From: a virus
Lineage: Duplodnaviria; Caudoviricetes
Reading direction: 5' to 3' (one strand)
Length of the DNA: 63,051 nt
IMG/VR virus record: IMGVR_UViG_3300036845_000466
Coordinates: 1 to 63,051 of that record
Below the pieces are notes generated by a model. That model did not search any database. It was not told the origin of the DNA and saw nothing but the letters and a program-made list of their open reading frames with translations. Made by a program: the position numbers and the translations under genes. Shown here piece after piece: positions 1 to 9,243 of the stretch; position 1 is the stretch's first letter, and each line of letters opens with the position of its first letter.

Positions 1-143
1 GCGGCAGGCCGGAAAGCAGCCTCTGCCTGGCCGTATCTGCATCCCCTGGCATCAATCCGGTGTCCTCTCCGTCACGCGCTGGGCCCAATGTACCGCCCTC
101 GTACCGCAGACGCCACCTGCCTGCCTGCTTTTACCCGTCCGTG

Positions 144-365
144 TCACGCCAGCCCGGCGATCACGGCGATGATCCAGCCGGCCAGCGCCAGCACGCCGAG
201 CAGCACCGACGCGGCGGCCACGACCGTGACGGGCCCGCCGCGCGCCTGCCAGCCGTTGTGGAAGGCGATCCGGGCGATCTTCAGCTCGTCCGGCCCGAGC
301 CAGCTCACGGTGAGCAGGAAGCTCGTCCAGGCCGCTTCTTCGCTGTTGTTACGGAGCGTACTCAT
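144..365 (-). CDS. small membrane protein
   Basis: 73 aa ORF with a C-terminal hydrophobic stretch; overlaps the stop of the upstream small ORF (ATGA). Confidence 0.65.
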   Translation of the reverse strand: MSTLRNNSEEAAWTSFLLTVSWLGPDELKIARIAFHNGWQARGGPVTVVAAASVLLGVLALAGWIIAVIAGLA

Positions 366-451
366 CCGGCCACCACCAGCGTGAACGCCACCAGCAGCCC
401 GGCCAGCACCACAGCCAGGGCCGATACGGCGAGGAAGTGCAGCACGTTCAT
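362..451 (-). CDS. 29-aa hydrophobic peptide (MNVLHFLAVSALAVVLAGLLVAFTLVVAG)
   Basis: Read by eye; fills the gap between two minus-strand genes with an ATGA overlap. Confidence 0.5.
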   Translation of the reverse strand: MNVLHFLAVSALAVVLAGLLVAFTLVVAG

Positions 452-455
452 CCGG

Positions 456-1130
456 CTACTCCCGTTCCGTCGTGCTCAGGTCGCGGTGGTCGGCCTCGGC
501 CCACAGCGTGTCCCAGTCGACCGGTTCGGGATCGACCACGGACAGGATGCGGAGCTGGTAGGTGAGCACCGCGTCGAGCATCCGCTGGTTCTGCGCCTGC
601 ATGCCCGCGATCGCGTCCAGCCGCGCCTCGAGCCTGGCCAGGCGGTCATCCGGCTGGCTCAGCCTGGTGGGCACGACCTGCCCGGCGGCGTTGTTCGCCA
701 GGGCCTTGAGCCGGCCCGCCGGGCTCGAGGGGTCGGGGTTGGCTACCTGCTCCAGGACGGGCACGATCCGGCCGTCGCCTGCCAGGGCAGCCTGCGCCGT
801 GATGTCGGGCTGTGCAGGAGCGTCATCCGGCTGGGCGGCCGGGTCGGGGATCGCGCCGGCCGCGATCGCCTGCCGCAGGGCCTGGTCTTTCTGGTACTCG
901 GGCACGGCGAGATTGTAGCCCGTGATCGCCGCATCGGCCCGGGTAAGCGACTTTTCGTCACTCTCGGCCACCGAGCGGTCGCGGACCTGGTTGAGCACGC
1001 GCAGAATGCCTGTCGGTGTGCTCACCTTACCGGGCGTCACCTCGGCGAAATACCGTGCGAAATACCCCACCTGGTCATCGCGTTCCTGCTGGTCCTTGAC
1101 CCACTGCGCGAACGTCGCCATCCCGATCAT
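456..1130 (-). CDS. protein with YozE-like N-terminus and coiled-coil C-terminus
   Basis: N-terminal FAQWVKDQQERDDQVGYFARYF resembles the YozE SAM-like family; GGGAG RBS and a TAGAAT hexamer upstream. Confidence 0.6.
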   Translation of the reverse strand: MIGMATFAQWVKDQQERDDQVGYFARYFAEVTPGKVSTPTGILRVLNQVRDRSVAESDEKSLTRADAAITGYNLAVPEYQKDQALRQAIAAGAIPDPAAQPDDAPAQPDITAQAALAGDGRIVPVLEQVANPDPSSPAGRLKALANNAAGQVVPTRLSQPDDRLARLEARLDAIAGMQAQNQRMLDAVLTYQLRILSVVDPEPVDWDTLWAEADHRDLSTTERE

Positions 1131-1230
1131 CTCCCTCTCTGCCTATTCCGATTCTACCTTATACGCACTGTCTGGTATGCCATCCGGTGGTCACAGTGAG
1201 ACTACTGGCGAGGTAGTCACAGTGTGACGA

Positions 1231-1467
1231 CTAAGCGTTGTCAGTCTCTGACATCATCCGGCCTTCGCGTTTTGCCTGCAGCGCCTCGAGCAGCTCGTTC
1301 GCGAACTTCTCCACGTCGTCGTCCGAGATATCGCTCAGGGTACCCAGGTGGCCCCCGGCAGGACCGTACGCACTTGCCCAGGCATTCGGCCGGCCGCTGC
1401 CGAACAGCGTCAGCATGAACTTGCGTCTGTCCGCAGATTCCAGGCAGATCGTACGTCTGGGGGTCAT
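1231..1467 (-). CDS. hypothetical protein
   Basis: 78 aa ORF preceded by AGGGAGAGATC. Confidence 0.7.
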   Translation of the reverse strand: MTPRRTICLESADRRKFMLTLFGSGRPNAWASAYGPAGGHLGTLSDISDDDVEKFANELLEALQAKREGRMMSETDNA

Positions 1468-1484
1468 GATCTCTCCCTTGGTCG

Positions 1485-1760
1485 TTTGTACGCTTTTGTC
1501 TCAAGAAGTTTCTCATACGGAGAAAAGCTCTGTGAAGGCTGTTTCTCACGCGTGTAGAGTTTTTTATATTACCGTACAAAGCGTACAAACGTACAAAGTA
1601 AGTAAGTATTCCCAGCTCATACAGTGTTCCGGCTCTTGGACACTCTCTGTACGCTTGTACGCTTCCATCCAGGCAGATGGCAGGCAGATCCAGGCAGATG
1701 GCAGGCAGATGCTCAGATGGACGGCCAGACGGGCCGAAGCGTACAAAGCTCTGTACGCTT
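1485..1760. repeat. candidate replication origin: iteron-like repeats with an AT-rich patch
   Basis: Six copies of AAGCGTACA in both orientations, four near-tandem CAGGCAGAT (1670-1710), AT-rich 1558-1612; directly downstream of the helicase gene. Confidence 0.65.
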
Positions 1761-1761
1761 T

Positions 1762-3354
1762 TCAGACGGGCCGTACATCCGGTAAGACGCGCCATCTGTC
1801 TGTACAGGCAAGACCTCTGAACACGCGGACACCGCTGTGCTCCATCGGGTACTTCCGCCCGATGATCTCGTTGAAGGTCTTGCGCTTGACCGGCTGGACG
1901 CCCTCGGAGTCGCACCAGTGCACCCGGTAGGCTTCCCAGAGCTTGCCGCGCTCGGCGCACTTGTACACCGGATGGTCGCCGCCGACCTCGGCCAGCAGGC
2001 CGTCTGCGATGTACTCGGACACGAACCGCAGCGCGTCCTCGGTGTCGACCGCCATCCGCTCGCGCAGCTCGATCACAGACAGCGGCAGCTCGGGCAGGCC
2101 GTTGCGCGCCTCCCAGGCCACCGTGTCCAGCAGCAGGCGCAGGATGCCGTTCCGCTCGCTTTTCAGCCGCTCGAGCAGGTCCAGGTCGGGCACGTCGTAC
2201 CCGGCCTGGAACAGCACAGCCTCCTGGCGGGACATCATCGCGTCGTCGGCGGTGTTGAACCGGATGGGGTTGTTGGAGCCGATGAACGGCGTGCACTGGG
2301 GCTTCCAGGTGATCGGCTTCTCGTACTTGCCAGCCGTGCGCTGGGCATCGCGGCCGGTCAGCTGCTTCATGAACGACACGTCGTACAGCGCGCCCGCATT
2401 CGGCTCGTGGGTGTAGACGAACCTCGCGGCCATCAGGTCGTGCTGGCGGAACCCCGCATCGCCTGCGTGCTTGGCCAGGAACGTCTCTACCGGCACCGGA
2501 CGCGCGTAATCGCCCGCAATGTACGCTATAAGGTCAGTAAATGTCGATTTGCCGCTGTCACGGCGCCCGATCAGGTTGAGGAATCCCTTGCGGCGCTGCA
2601 GGCCGAACAGGGCGCCCGCTACCCGCCACAGCAGCCAGAAACGCTGAGGGCCGTCCGGCATGCTCTCGCGCAGGAACCGCTCGAAGACCGGGCACGCCGC
2701 ATCCGGGTCCCAGGCCACCGACTTGCCGGTCCGGCGGGTGATCATCGCCCCGGAGTCATGCGGTCTCAGCTTCACGTAGCCGTCGCGCAGCACCTGGCTG
2801 TAGTCGATCACCCCGTTGTCCACGACGATCGAGCCGGTGCCCGCGTCCACCTCGGACATATCCACGCTGAACGCCTGCGTGAGCTGCTTCTGCACCGCCG
2901 CCTGGCCCTGCTGGTTCCATATCCGGGCCACGAACGCGCGGTGTGTCTTCCAGCTCTCGGCTGCTCTCTTCATCATCCGGTCGCGGTCAGCAGCCAGGCC
3001 GGCGATCACCTCGAGCACGCAGTCCCATACGGTGTCGAACGCCTGTTTGAGCCAAGAGGCCAGCGACTGCGACATCCGGTCGGCAAAGGTCACCTGCTGC
3101 GGCGCGTACCTGCCCTCGCGCTCGTCCCACACGTACCAGTTGTCCGTCTGCTTGCCGTAAATAAACGGCGATCCGGCCGCCTCGGACATCCCGCGCACCG
3201 ACGCGGCCAGCTCAAGGTCGGACCTCGGCAGCCCGGCCATCGTCCAGGTGGCGGAGGTGTCAACGGCTCCGTCAGCGTCGTGAAAAATGAACCAGCAGGG
3301 CGTATACGGCCGGCCGCGCGTTCCTGCTCTGTCTGGGCAGCACGGGGCCGCCAT
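1762..3354 (-). CDS. P4/D5-family SF3 helicase (primase-associated)
   Basis: D5_N-like WYVWD..RY, Walker A GRRDSGKST, KQLTGRD, IGSNNP motif C, C-terminal winged-helix-like region. Confidence 0.9.
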   Translation of the reverse strand: MAAPCCPDRAGTRGRPYTPCWFIFHDADGAVDTSATWTMAGLPRSDLELAASVRGMSEAAGSPFIYGKQTDNWYVWDEREGRYAPQQVTFADRMSQSLASWLKQAFDTVWDCVLEVIAGLAADRDRMMKRAAESWKTHRAFVARIWNQQGQAAVQKQLTQAFSVDMSEVDAGTGSIVVDNGVIDYSQVLRDGYVKLRPHDSGAMITRRTGKSVAWDPDAACPVFERFLRESMPDGPQRFWLLWRVAGALFGLQRRKGFLNLIGRRDSGKSTFTDLIAYIAGDYARPVPVETFLAKHAGDAGFRQHDLMAARFVYTHEPNAGALYDVSFMKQLTGRDAQRTAGKYEKPITWKPQCTPFIGSNNPIRFNTADDAMMSRQEAVLFQAGYDVPDLDLLERLKSERNGILRLLLDTVAWEARNGLPELPLSVIELRERMAVDTEDALRFVSEYIADGLLAEVGGDHPVYKCAERGKLWEAYRVHWCDSEGVQPVKRKTFNEIIGRKYPMEHSGVRVFRGLACTDRWRVLPDVRPV

Positions 3355-3467
3355 AACACGCGAAAGGCGCTGCGGGTAGACATCCGGGCAGCCAAAGTGT
3401 GTATCGTAACCATAACTGCGGTCCTTTCCTGAACGAGGTTTCGCAGCACGGACCTCTCCGGCACGCG

Positions 3468-4553
3468 CTAACCGGCGGTCCTGTCCGCCGGCCCGGGAGT
3501 TATCAGCTCCCGGGCCGGCCCGCTCTGCGGGGTAAGTGAGACTCTACGACCGGTTGCCCCGGTTTGCGCATCCCCTCGCCGTAACCGGTTCCAGGGCCTT
3601 CGCTCGAGCCAGCCGAGGAATTCGGCATTGCGGGCGTTCTCCCTGGCTGTCGATGTCTCGACGAACCGCCTGGCCGATTCGGCGCAGGTCAGCACCTCGT
3701 TCCAGCCGAAATCCGTTTTGTCCGTATTGGCATAAATGCCCCTGATGATCTCCATCACCTGGGCTGATCCGGCTGTGTGCGTGCCGTGCCGCCGGTACAG
3801 CCCGCAGGCCGTCCGGTACAGCTCCCGGTTCCGCATCCCGGGCGGCAATCCGGCTTGCATGTAGGTTTCGAGTACCTCGTCCACCGGGGCACCGGATACG
3901 GTTCCCCCGCCAGCGCGCGGAGCCGGCGGCGCCTCGGCCAGCCACTGGCCGAACCAGGGCGGAGCGTCAGGCACCGCATGCGGGCACCCGCCCGCCTGCT
4001 CGTACGGGACCGGCACCTCGCCCGATCCGCGCTCCCCGGGCCGGCTGGCGGGCTGGATCATCGCCATCGACGGCGGGGCGACCACCAGGCCGCCGTCCCC
4101 CTTGATGTCGACGCCAGGGAGGATGCCAGGCCGTTCGGGCGTGGCCTCCGCGCGCATCCAGACGTGCCAGCCGCCGCTGGGCGTCTGCACGTGCGGCGCC
4201 CAGTACGGCACAGACGATCCCATCCGGCTAAGGAACGCCAGCCACTCCCCCGGCCCGTCCTGCCCGCCTTTCACGTCCAGGTCGACGACAGCCAGCCGGT
4301 TGTCGCTCCCCGTAGCCACCCCGATGTTGGCCACCATGTCCAGCCCCCACCAGTCCATGATCTGGTCCGGGTCTTTGCTGGCCAGGTGGATGCCGCCCCG
4401 GTCGCCGAGCATCTGGTGCGGTCGCTTGCCGCCGCGCGCGAGCGGGATGACGGCATATCCCAGAGCTGCGTACCTCAGCGCGGCGGCGCCGAGCCCGTAC
4501 CGCTTCGGCAGCCGGTGATCCGGTTCGAAGTAGAAGCAGCTGCAGTCAGACAT
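3468..4553 (-). CDS. bifunctional DNA primase/polymerase (Prim-Pol)
   Basis: ANIGVATG, VVDLDVK, TPSGGWH, GVDIKGDGGLVVAPPS motifs; PriCT-like GMRNREL. Confidence 0.92.
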   Translation of the reverse strand: MSDCSCFYFEPDHRLPKRYGLGAAALRYAALGYAVIPLARGGKRPHQMLGDRGGIHLASKDPDQIMDWWGLDMVANIGVATGSDNRLAVVDLDVKGGQDGPGEWLAFLSRMGSSVPYWAPHVQTPSGGWHVWMRAEATPERPGILPGVDIKGDGGLVVAPPSMAMIQPASRPGERGSGEVPVPYEQAGGCPHAVPDAPPWFGQWLAEAPPAPRAGGGTVSGAPVDEVLETYMQAGLPPGMRNRELYRTACGLYRRHGTHTAGSAQVMEIIRGIYANTDKTDFGWNEVLTCAESARRFVETSTARENARNAEFLGWLERRPWNRLRRGDAQTGATGRRVSLTPQSGPARELITPGPADRTAG

Positions 4554-4776
4554 TGCGCAGCCACGGCTTGTAGTCCGGGTCGTTTTTGAGCCGGGGCCAC
4601 TCGACGTGGACCGGCCAGGGCCGCTCCGGCGAGGACATCCACATCACCGTGCACCCGGTCCGGCACGCGTCGCACAGCAGATCCTCAGCGGTCGGCGGCG
4701 CCGAGCAGGCGTGCTGCTTTCCGTCGCCGTACAGTCCGGGCGGCTTGTCGCACCGGCATGTCCCCAGGTCAGGCAC
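4546..4776 (-). CDS. small Cys-rich protein (paralog of 4769-4954)
   Basis: DLGTCRC...HACSAPPTAEDLLCDACRTGC. Confidence 0.7.
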   Translation of the reverse strand: MPDLGTCRCDKPPGLYGDGKQHACSAPPTAEDLLCDACRTGCTVMWMSSPERPWPVHVEWPRLKNDPDYKPWLRNV

Positions 4777-4954
4777 TGAAAGATGCCTTCCTGTTACCGT
4801 GGTGCCAGGGACCGTCGCCCCACCGGACCGAGTACCGGCAGCCTTCCCGGCAGGGGTCGCAGAGCAGGTCTTCGGCGGTCGGCACCGCCTCGCACACGTG
4901 CTGCACCAGCCAGCCGCACTGGCAGTGGCCGAGGTCAGCCGGCACGGCGGTCAT
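4769..4954 (-). CDS. small Cys-rich protein (paralog of 4546-4776)
   Basis: MTAVPADLGHCQC...HVCEAVPTAEDLLCDPCREGC; internal start within ORF 4769-5110. Confidence 0.7.
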   Translation of the reverse strand: MTAVPADLGHCQCGWLVQHVCEAVPTAEDLLCDPCREGCRYSVRWGDGPWHHGNRKASFSA

Positions 4955-5156
4955 CCGGCGGTTTGATCTCGGTGACCGTGATCTCGCGCGTAGTGAACGG
5001 CAGCCGGTCCAGCGCGCGGAGCACGGCGGCCGGGTGGTGCGGCGCCCGCAGGCCGAAGTGCATCTCCGAGCCGTGCTGTGACACAGCTCGCACCTGCCAC
5101 TGGCGGTCATCGGGGGAATTTACCTGGTCAGGGCTGTTGTTCATACTCTTAATCAT
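4935..5156 (-). CDS. hypothetical protein
   Basis: 3' part of ORF 4935-5429; GGGAG upstream; start could be 5156 or 5144. Confidence 0.5.
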   Translation of the reverse strand: MIKSMNNSPDQVNSPDDRQWQVRAVSQHGSEMHFGLRAPHHPAAVLRALDRLPFTTREITVTEIKPPDDRRAG

Positions 5157-5237
5157 CTCCCTGGACGCTTCGGGGGATTGCGCCTGGGACCAGAGTTTAC
5201 CTGCGCTGCAGGTACAGTTGAGTGAACGAGGGAGAGG

Positions 5238-5768
5238 ATGAAGATGGCAGAGGCTGGCGTGCGTATTTTCGACAAGGGCATGGCGCAGCCGGTGACCGTT
5301 CCCGGGGTGCTGATCGGCAAGGGCTCGAGCCGCCGTGACGACTCGCTGGCGTGGGCGGAGATCGAGATCTACAAGCTCGAGGACGGCAGTTACCGTACGC
5401 ACAGGGTCGGGTACTCGCTGACGTATCATCTTGCTGACACACGGTGCACGGTGCGCTCAGGGGCGCAAAAGGGTGATCCGGCTACCGTTGACGACCTGCC
5501 CGACGACGCCGAGCCGTGCACCGTCTGCCGGCCGCCGGAGCCGCGCGACCTCGGCGACGACGAGCCCGTCCGGTACGAGTTCCCGCGCCACAGCTTCGAC
5601 GGGTGCGCGGACCCGGCCCAGGTGATCGAGAAGCTGACGGTATTCCGCGACCGCAAGCACCAGCAGAGCGTGCGGTTCTCCGGCCCGGTCATGGCGGCGC
5701 TGCGCGAGGCCGCCCGCAACGATCCGGCGTTCCAGCTCGAAACGCCGCCGGATGCGGCTAGCATCTGA
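5238..5768 (+). CDS. hypothetical protein with CxxC
   Basis: 176 aa, GGGAGAGG RBS, first gene of the plus-strand block. Confidence 0.75.
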   Translation: MKMAEAGVRIFDKGMAQPVTVPGVLIGKGSSRRDDSLAWAEIEIYKLEDGSYRTHRVGYSLTYHLADTRCTVRSGAQKGDPATVDDLPDDAEPCTVCRPPEPRDLGDDEPVRYEFPRHSFDGCADPAQVIEKLTVFRDRKHQQSVRFSGPVMAALREAARNDPAFQLETPPDAASI

Positions 5769-5805
5769 GCTACGCAAATCCGGCTCAACAGGGAGAAGAT
5801 CGACG

Positions 5806-6087
5806 ATGACAACGCAGGTAATCCCGGCGTGCGACACCCCGGTCGCGGGCGGCTGCAGCAAGCCGGCCAAGGCCGTGATCGTGCACCGGGCGAGCGAGAA
5901 CCTGATCGGCAACGGCATGGCGGTCTGGTCGGCTTACTTCCGCTGCGAGGAAGACCACTACGCCAAGACCGACGCCGGCCACATCCGGCGCGCGGACCCC
6001 GAGGCCGTGATCTACGTGTTCGGCACCGACGACGGCGCCGTGCTGTCATCCGGCCGCTACGCCGCGCACCTGTTCGAGCAGGGGTAA
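5806..6087 (+). CDS. hypothetical protein
   Basis: AGGGAGAAGAT motif upstream; TAATG coupling to the next gene. Confidence 0.7.
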   Translation: MTTQVIPACDTPVAGGCSKPAKAVIVHRASENLIGNGMAVWSAYFRCEEDHYAKTDAGHIRRADPEAVIYVFGTDDGAVLSSGRYAAHLFEQG

Positions 6088-6596
6088 TGGTCCACGTGTT
6101 CGCCGGCGACGTGCTCGCCGTGCGCTCGAGCGGGTTCGCGGCCGAGATGATCCGGCTGGGCGCCGCGCTGGCCGGCAAGCCGGACATCTCCAACCACATC
6201 GCGGTCGTGCACCATACGGACGGCAAGGGCGTCACCTGGTGCCTCGAGGGCAGGCCAGGGGGCGTGGGCTGGCGCAACGCGGCCGACTACCTCAATTCGC
6301 ACTGGACGCTCGACAACGCCGCCCAGCCGAAGACACCGGAGCAGCGCGAGACGGTCTGCAAGGCAGCCGAGGCGATGCTGGCCACCAGGTACGACTGGGC
6401 GGCGATCGTCGGCGACGGGCTCGCTGACCTGCACCTGTGGGACCCGGTGGACGGCCAGGTGCACGGCGAGACCGTCTGTTCGGCGCTGGCCGCCTACGCC
6501 TACGACCAGGCCGGCCTGCTCCGCCCGGCGGGAGGTGAGCGCCTTGTCCAGCCAGCCGACTGGGACCAATTTATGATTACTCGTGCCTGGGAATAG
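6087..6596 (+). CDS. permuted papain-like NlpC/P60 (YiiX/YebB-type) enzyme
   Basis: GDVL at N-terminus, His motif SNHIAVV, YDW, late Cys motif VCSALAAYAY, C-terminal VQPAD. Confidence 0.8.
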   Translation: MVHVFAGDVLAVRSSGFAAEMIRLGAALAGKPDISNHIAVVHHTDGKGVTWCLEGRPGGVGWRNAADYLNSHWTLDNAAQPKTPEQRETVCKAAEAMLATRYDWAAIVGDGLADLHLWDPVDGQVHGETVCSALAAYAYDQAGLLRPAGGERLVQPADWDQFMITRAWE

Positions 6597-6598
6597 CT

Positions 6599-6772
6599 AT
6601 GAAGCTGATCGAGGTGCTGTGCGACGAGCACCAGCAGGAGATGAAGCACCGGATGGCCACGCTGGACTGGGCGTGCACCGCAGAGGGCTGCAAGAAAACG
6701 CTGCCCGACGAAGAGGTGCACCGGCTGCTGTCCGCCTCGGCTAAGCCGGTGCCGCAGATCTGGGTGACATGA
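6599..6772 (+). CDS. small Cys/His protein
   Basis: Read by eye: MKLIEVLCDEHQQEMKHRMATLDWACTAEGCKKTLPDEEV...; ATGA overlap with the next gene. Confidence 0.6.
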   Translation: MKLIEVLCDEHQQEMKHRMATLDWACTAEGCKKTLPDEEVHRLLSASAKPVPQIWVT

Positions 6773-6951
6773 CCCCCGTACCGTACTGCGACGTGCACGG
6801 CCGGATGCAGCACGTCGTTGCGTGCAGGTGGTGGAGATGCTCCGGGTTCGACGGCGAAGGCTGTTCTGTCCAGTTCATCACTGACGAGCTGGTAGCACAC
6901 TGCATGTGCAGCCGCCTGCCTGGTGCGGGAATAACGCTGGTGCTGGAATGA
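6769..6951 (+). CDS. small Cys/His protein (paralog of 6599-6772)
   Basis: CDVH..MQH...WRC...EGC....DELV; ATGA overlap with the polymerase. Confidence 0.6.
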   Translation: MTPVPYCDVHGRMQHVVACRWWRCSGFDGEGCSVQFITDELVAHCMCSRLPGAGITLVLE

Positions 6952-8738
6952 CCGAGCTGGCCGAGCGCGGCAACGCCATCCGGTCAGGCGGTGCTCTCGA
7001 TGGGGTCCGTCTTCACAAGGTCGCCGACGTGGAAACGATGCTCGCGTTCCTGCGCTGGGCAGGCGAGCGCCGTGACGGACCGATCGCGGGCGACACCGAG
7101 TCGGGCGGGCTGAGCCCGTACCACCACCGGATGCGGCTGGTCCAGGTCGGCGACAAGCAGCACGGCTGGGCATTCGGTCCCGGGTGGCACGGCGCGGCGG
7201 TCGAGCTGCTGAAGAAGTACCCGCAGGTCATCTGGCACAACAGCCCGTACGACTGGCGGGTGATCCGCCAGCATACCGGGACCGAGCTGCCGTGGGAGAA
7301 CATCGAGGACACGCTGACCGGCGGGCACATCATGGACTCGCTCAAGCCGGCCGGGCTGAAGCCGCGCAGCGCGATCGAGGTCGACCCGCGCGCGATCGCG
7401 GGCGAGGCGGTGCTGACCGAGGGCATGCGGGCCAACCACTGGACCTGGGACACCGTGCCCGAGGACTGGGAGCCGTTCTGGTGCTACGCCGCGCTCGACA
7501 CGGTGTGCACCGCGCACCTGTGGGACAAGTTCGGCCCGAGCCTGACCACCGTGTACCGCGAGGCTTACGACCTGGAGAAAGCCGTCACCAGGATCAGCGC
7601 GCGGATGATGGACACCGGGATGGCCGTCGACCTGCCCTACGTCCGCGACAAGATCGACCGGATCAGCGGGTTCCGGGTGCAGGCGATGGCCTGGCTGAAG
7701 GAAACCTACGGGATCACCACGGTCGGCAGCGGGCCGCAGGTGATGAAGGCATTCAACGCGGCCGGCATCCCGACGCTGCTGTGGACCGACAGCGGCCAGC
7801 CGTCGATCAGCAAGGACGCGCTGAAGCTCTACGCCAACATGTACCCGGAGCACGCGCACCTGGTGAAGACGGTGGCGCTGTGCCGCAAGGCCGGCGACAT
7901 CGTGAACAAGTACCTTAATAAGTTCCTTGACCTGCAGCTCGACGGCACCATGCACTACACCATCAACACCTGCCGGGCCCGCACCTCGCGCCAGTCGGTC
8001 ACCGACCCGCCGATGCAGACGTTCGACCGCGACGAGCCCGTCATCCGGGGCAGCTTTATTCCCCGGCCGAAGCACAAGCTGGTAAGCATCGACGCCGACC
8101 AGATCGAGATGCGGATGACCGCGCACTTCAGCGAGGACCGCAACCTGATCGCGGATTTCAAGGCGGCCGACGAGACCGGGCAGTCGTTTTTCGTGCTGGC
8201 GGCCAGCGGGATCTTCGGCGAGGAAATATCCAAGAAAGACCCGCGCTACAGCCGGACCAAGAACGCGTCATACGGCCAGATCTACGGGGCCGGCCTGGCG
8301 CAGGCGGCGGCCACGGCCGGGGTGACGGCCGAGCAGATGTCCGGTCCTTACTACGGTTTCCAGCAGCGGTACCCGGACGTGTTCCGGCTGATGGAACGGC
8401 TGATCCGCCAGGGCAAGAAAGACTCCAAGCCGCATGCGGTCGCGGTCGACGGCAGGAAGCTGGGCGTCTACCGGGGCCACGAGTACGCGATCCTCAACAC
8501 GATGGTGCAGGGCTCGGCCGCCGTGGTACTCAAGCGCAACCTGATCGACCTGGACGCGCACGGGTTCGGCCCGTACCTGCGGCTGACGATCCACGACGAG
8601 TTCCTGCTCGAGTTTCCCGAGGAAATCGCCGAGCAGGGACTGAGGGAAGCCGAGCGCATCCTGACCGACCGGGAGACCTTCCGGGTGCCAATCACCTGGT
8701 CAGGCAAGGTACTCGAACACAGGTGGGTGAAAACGTGA
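6948..8738 (+). CDS. family A DNA polymerase with 3'-5' exonuclease
   Basis: Exo I DTES, Exo II HNSPYD, Exo III YAALD; motif A DADQIEMR, motif B RTKNASYGQIYG, motif C IHDE. Confidence 0.95.
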   Translation: MTELAERGNAIRSGGALDGVRLHKVADVETMLAFLRWAGERRDGPIAGDTESGGLSPYHHRMRLVQVGDKQHGWAFGPGWHGAAVELLKKYPQVIWHNSPYDWRVIRQHTGTELPWENIEDTLTGGHIMDSLKPAGLKPRSAIEVDPRAIAGEAVLTEGMRANHWTWDTVPEDWEPFWCYAALDTVCTAHLWDKFGPSLTTVYREAYDLEKAVTRISARMMDTGMAVDLPYVRDKIDRISGFRVQAMAWLKETYGITTVGSGPQVMKAFNAAGIPTLLWTDSGQPSISKDALKLYANMYPEHAHLVKTVALCRKAGDIVNKYLNKFLDLQLDGTMHYTINTCRARTSRQSVTDPPMQTFDRDEPVIRGSFIPRPKHKLVSIDADQIEMRMTAHFSEDRNLIADFKAADETGQSFFVLAASGIFGEEISKKDPRYSRTKNASYGQIYGAGLAQAAATAGVTAEQMSGPYYGFQQRYPDVFRLMERLIRQGKKDSKPHAVAVDGRKLGVYRGHEYAILNTMVQGSAAVVLKRNLIDLDAHGFGPYLRLTIHDEFLLEFPEEIAEQGLREAERILTDRETFRVPITWSGKVLEHRWVKT

Positions 8739-8947
8739 CGTACCAGAGCACATCCGGCAAGCCGCAGCGGGCCCTCGACCAGGTATTCCTGATGATGCGC
8801 GAGTTCTCGCACTGGCGGGACCAGCGCGACGAGATCGTGGCCGCCGCCCTGAAGCAAGAGGTCCCGGTGGAGCGGATCGCCACCGAGATGGGCATCAGCC
8901 CGAGCACGGTCCGCCAGGTCAAGCTGAAAGTCGAGAGGAAGCGATGA
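8735..8947 (+). CDS. small HTH DNA-binding protein
   Basis: VERIATEMGISPSTVRQV helix-turn-helix signature. Confidence 0.75.
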   Translation: MTYQSTSGKPQRALDQVFLMMREFSHWRDQRDEIVAAALKQEVPVERIATEMGISPSTVRQVKLKVERKR

Positions 8948-9243
8948 CAAAGACCGTCTGCGACCGCTGCGGCAGGGAGTGCGTCAACTACCAGATACAG
9001 ATGCGGCTGGAGGAAAAGCACACCACCAACCAGGGGGAAGACCTGGGCTGCAGCGGGTATACCGCCCGGCCTATCGACCTGTGCGACGTGTGCAAGGAAG
9101 CCCTGGCCACCTGGATGGGCCGCGACCTGGGTCTGATGGGCGAGGAAGCTCTGGTGCAGCTGAAGATCCAGCGAGAAGCCGAGCGGCGCGGCTACGAAGA
9201 GATGGCCGCCCGCCCGGTAGACGATGTGGCGGTGCGCGGCTGA
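8944..9243 (+). CDS. zinc-ribbon-like hypothetical protein
   Basis: CDRC...DLCDVC; coupled to its neighbours. Confidence 0.7.
   Translation: MTKTVCDRCGRECVNYQIQMRLEEKHTTNQGEDLGCSGYTARPIDLCDVCKEALATWMGRDLGLMGEEALVQLKIQREAERRGYEEMAARPVDDVAVRG

Noticed and set aside
1586-1612. Sixth SigR-like promoter on the minus strand inside the origin region
   Set aside because: Spacing is 17 rather than 18 and the GATAGAAGT extension is absent
8245-8290. Tyr at the Pol I 762-equivalent position as a T7-like lifestyle marker
   Set aside because: Actinobacterial Pol I enzymes commonly have Tyr here too, so it is not informative
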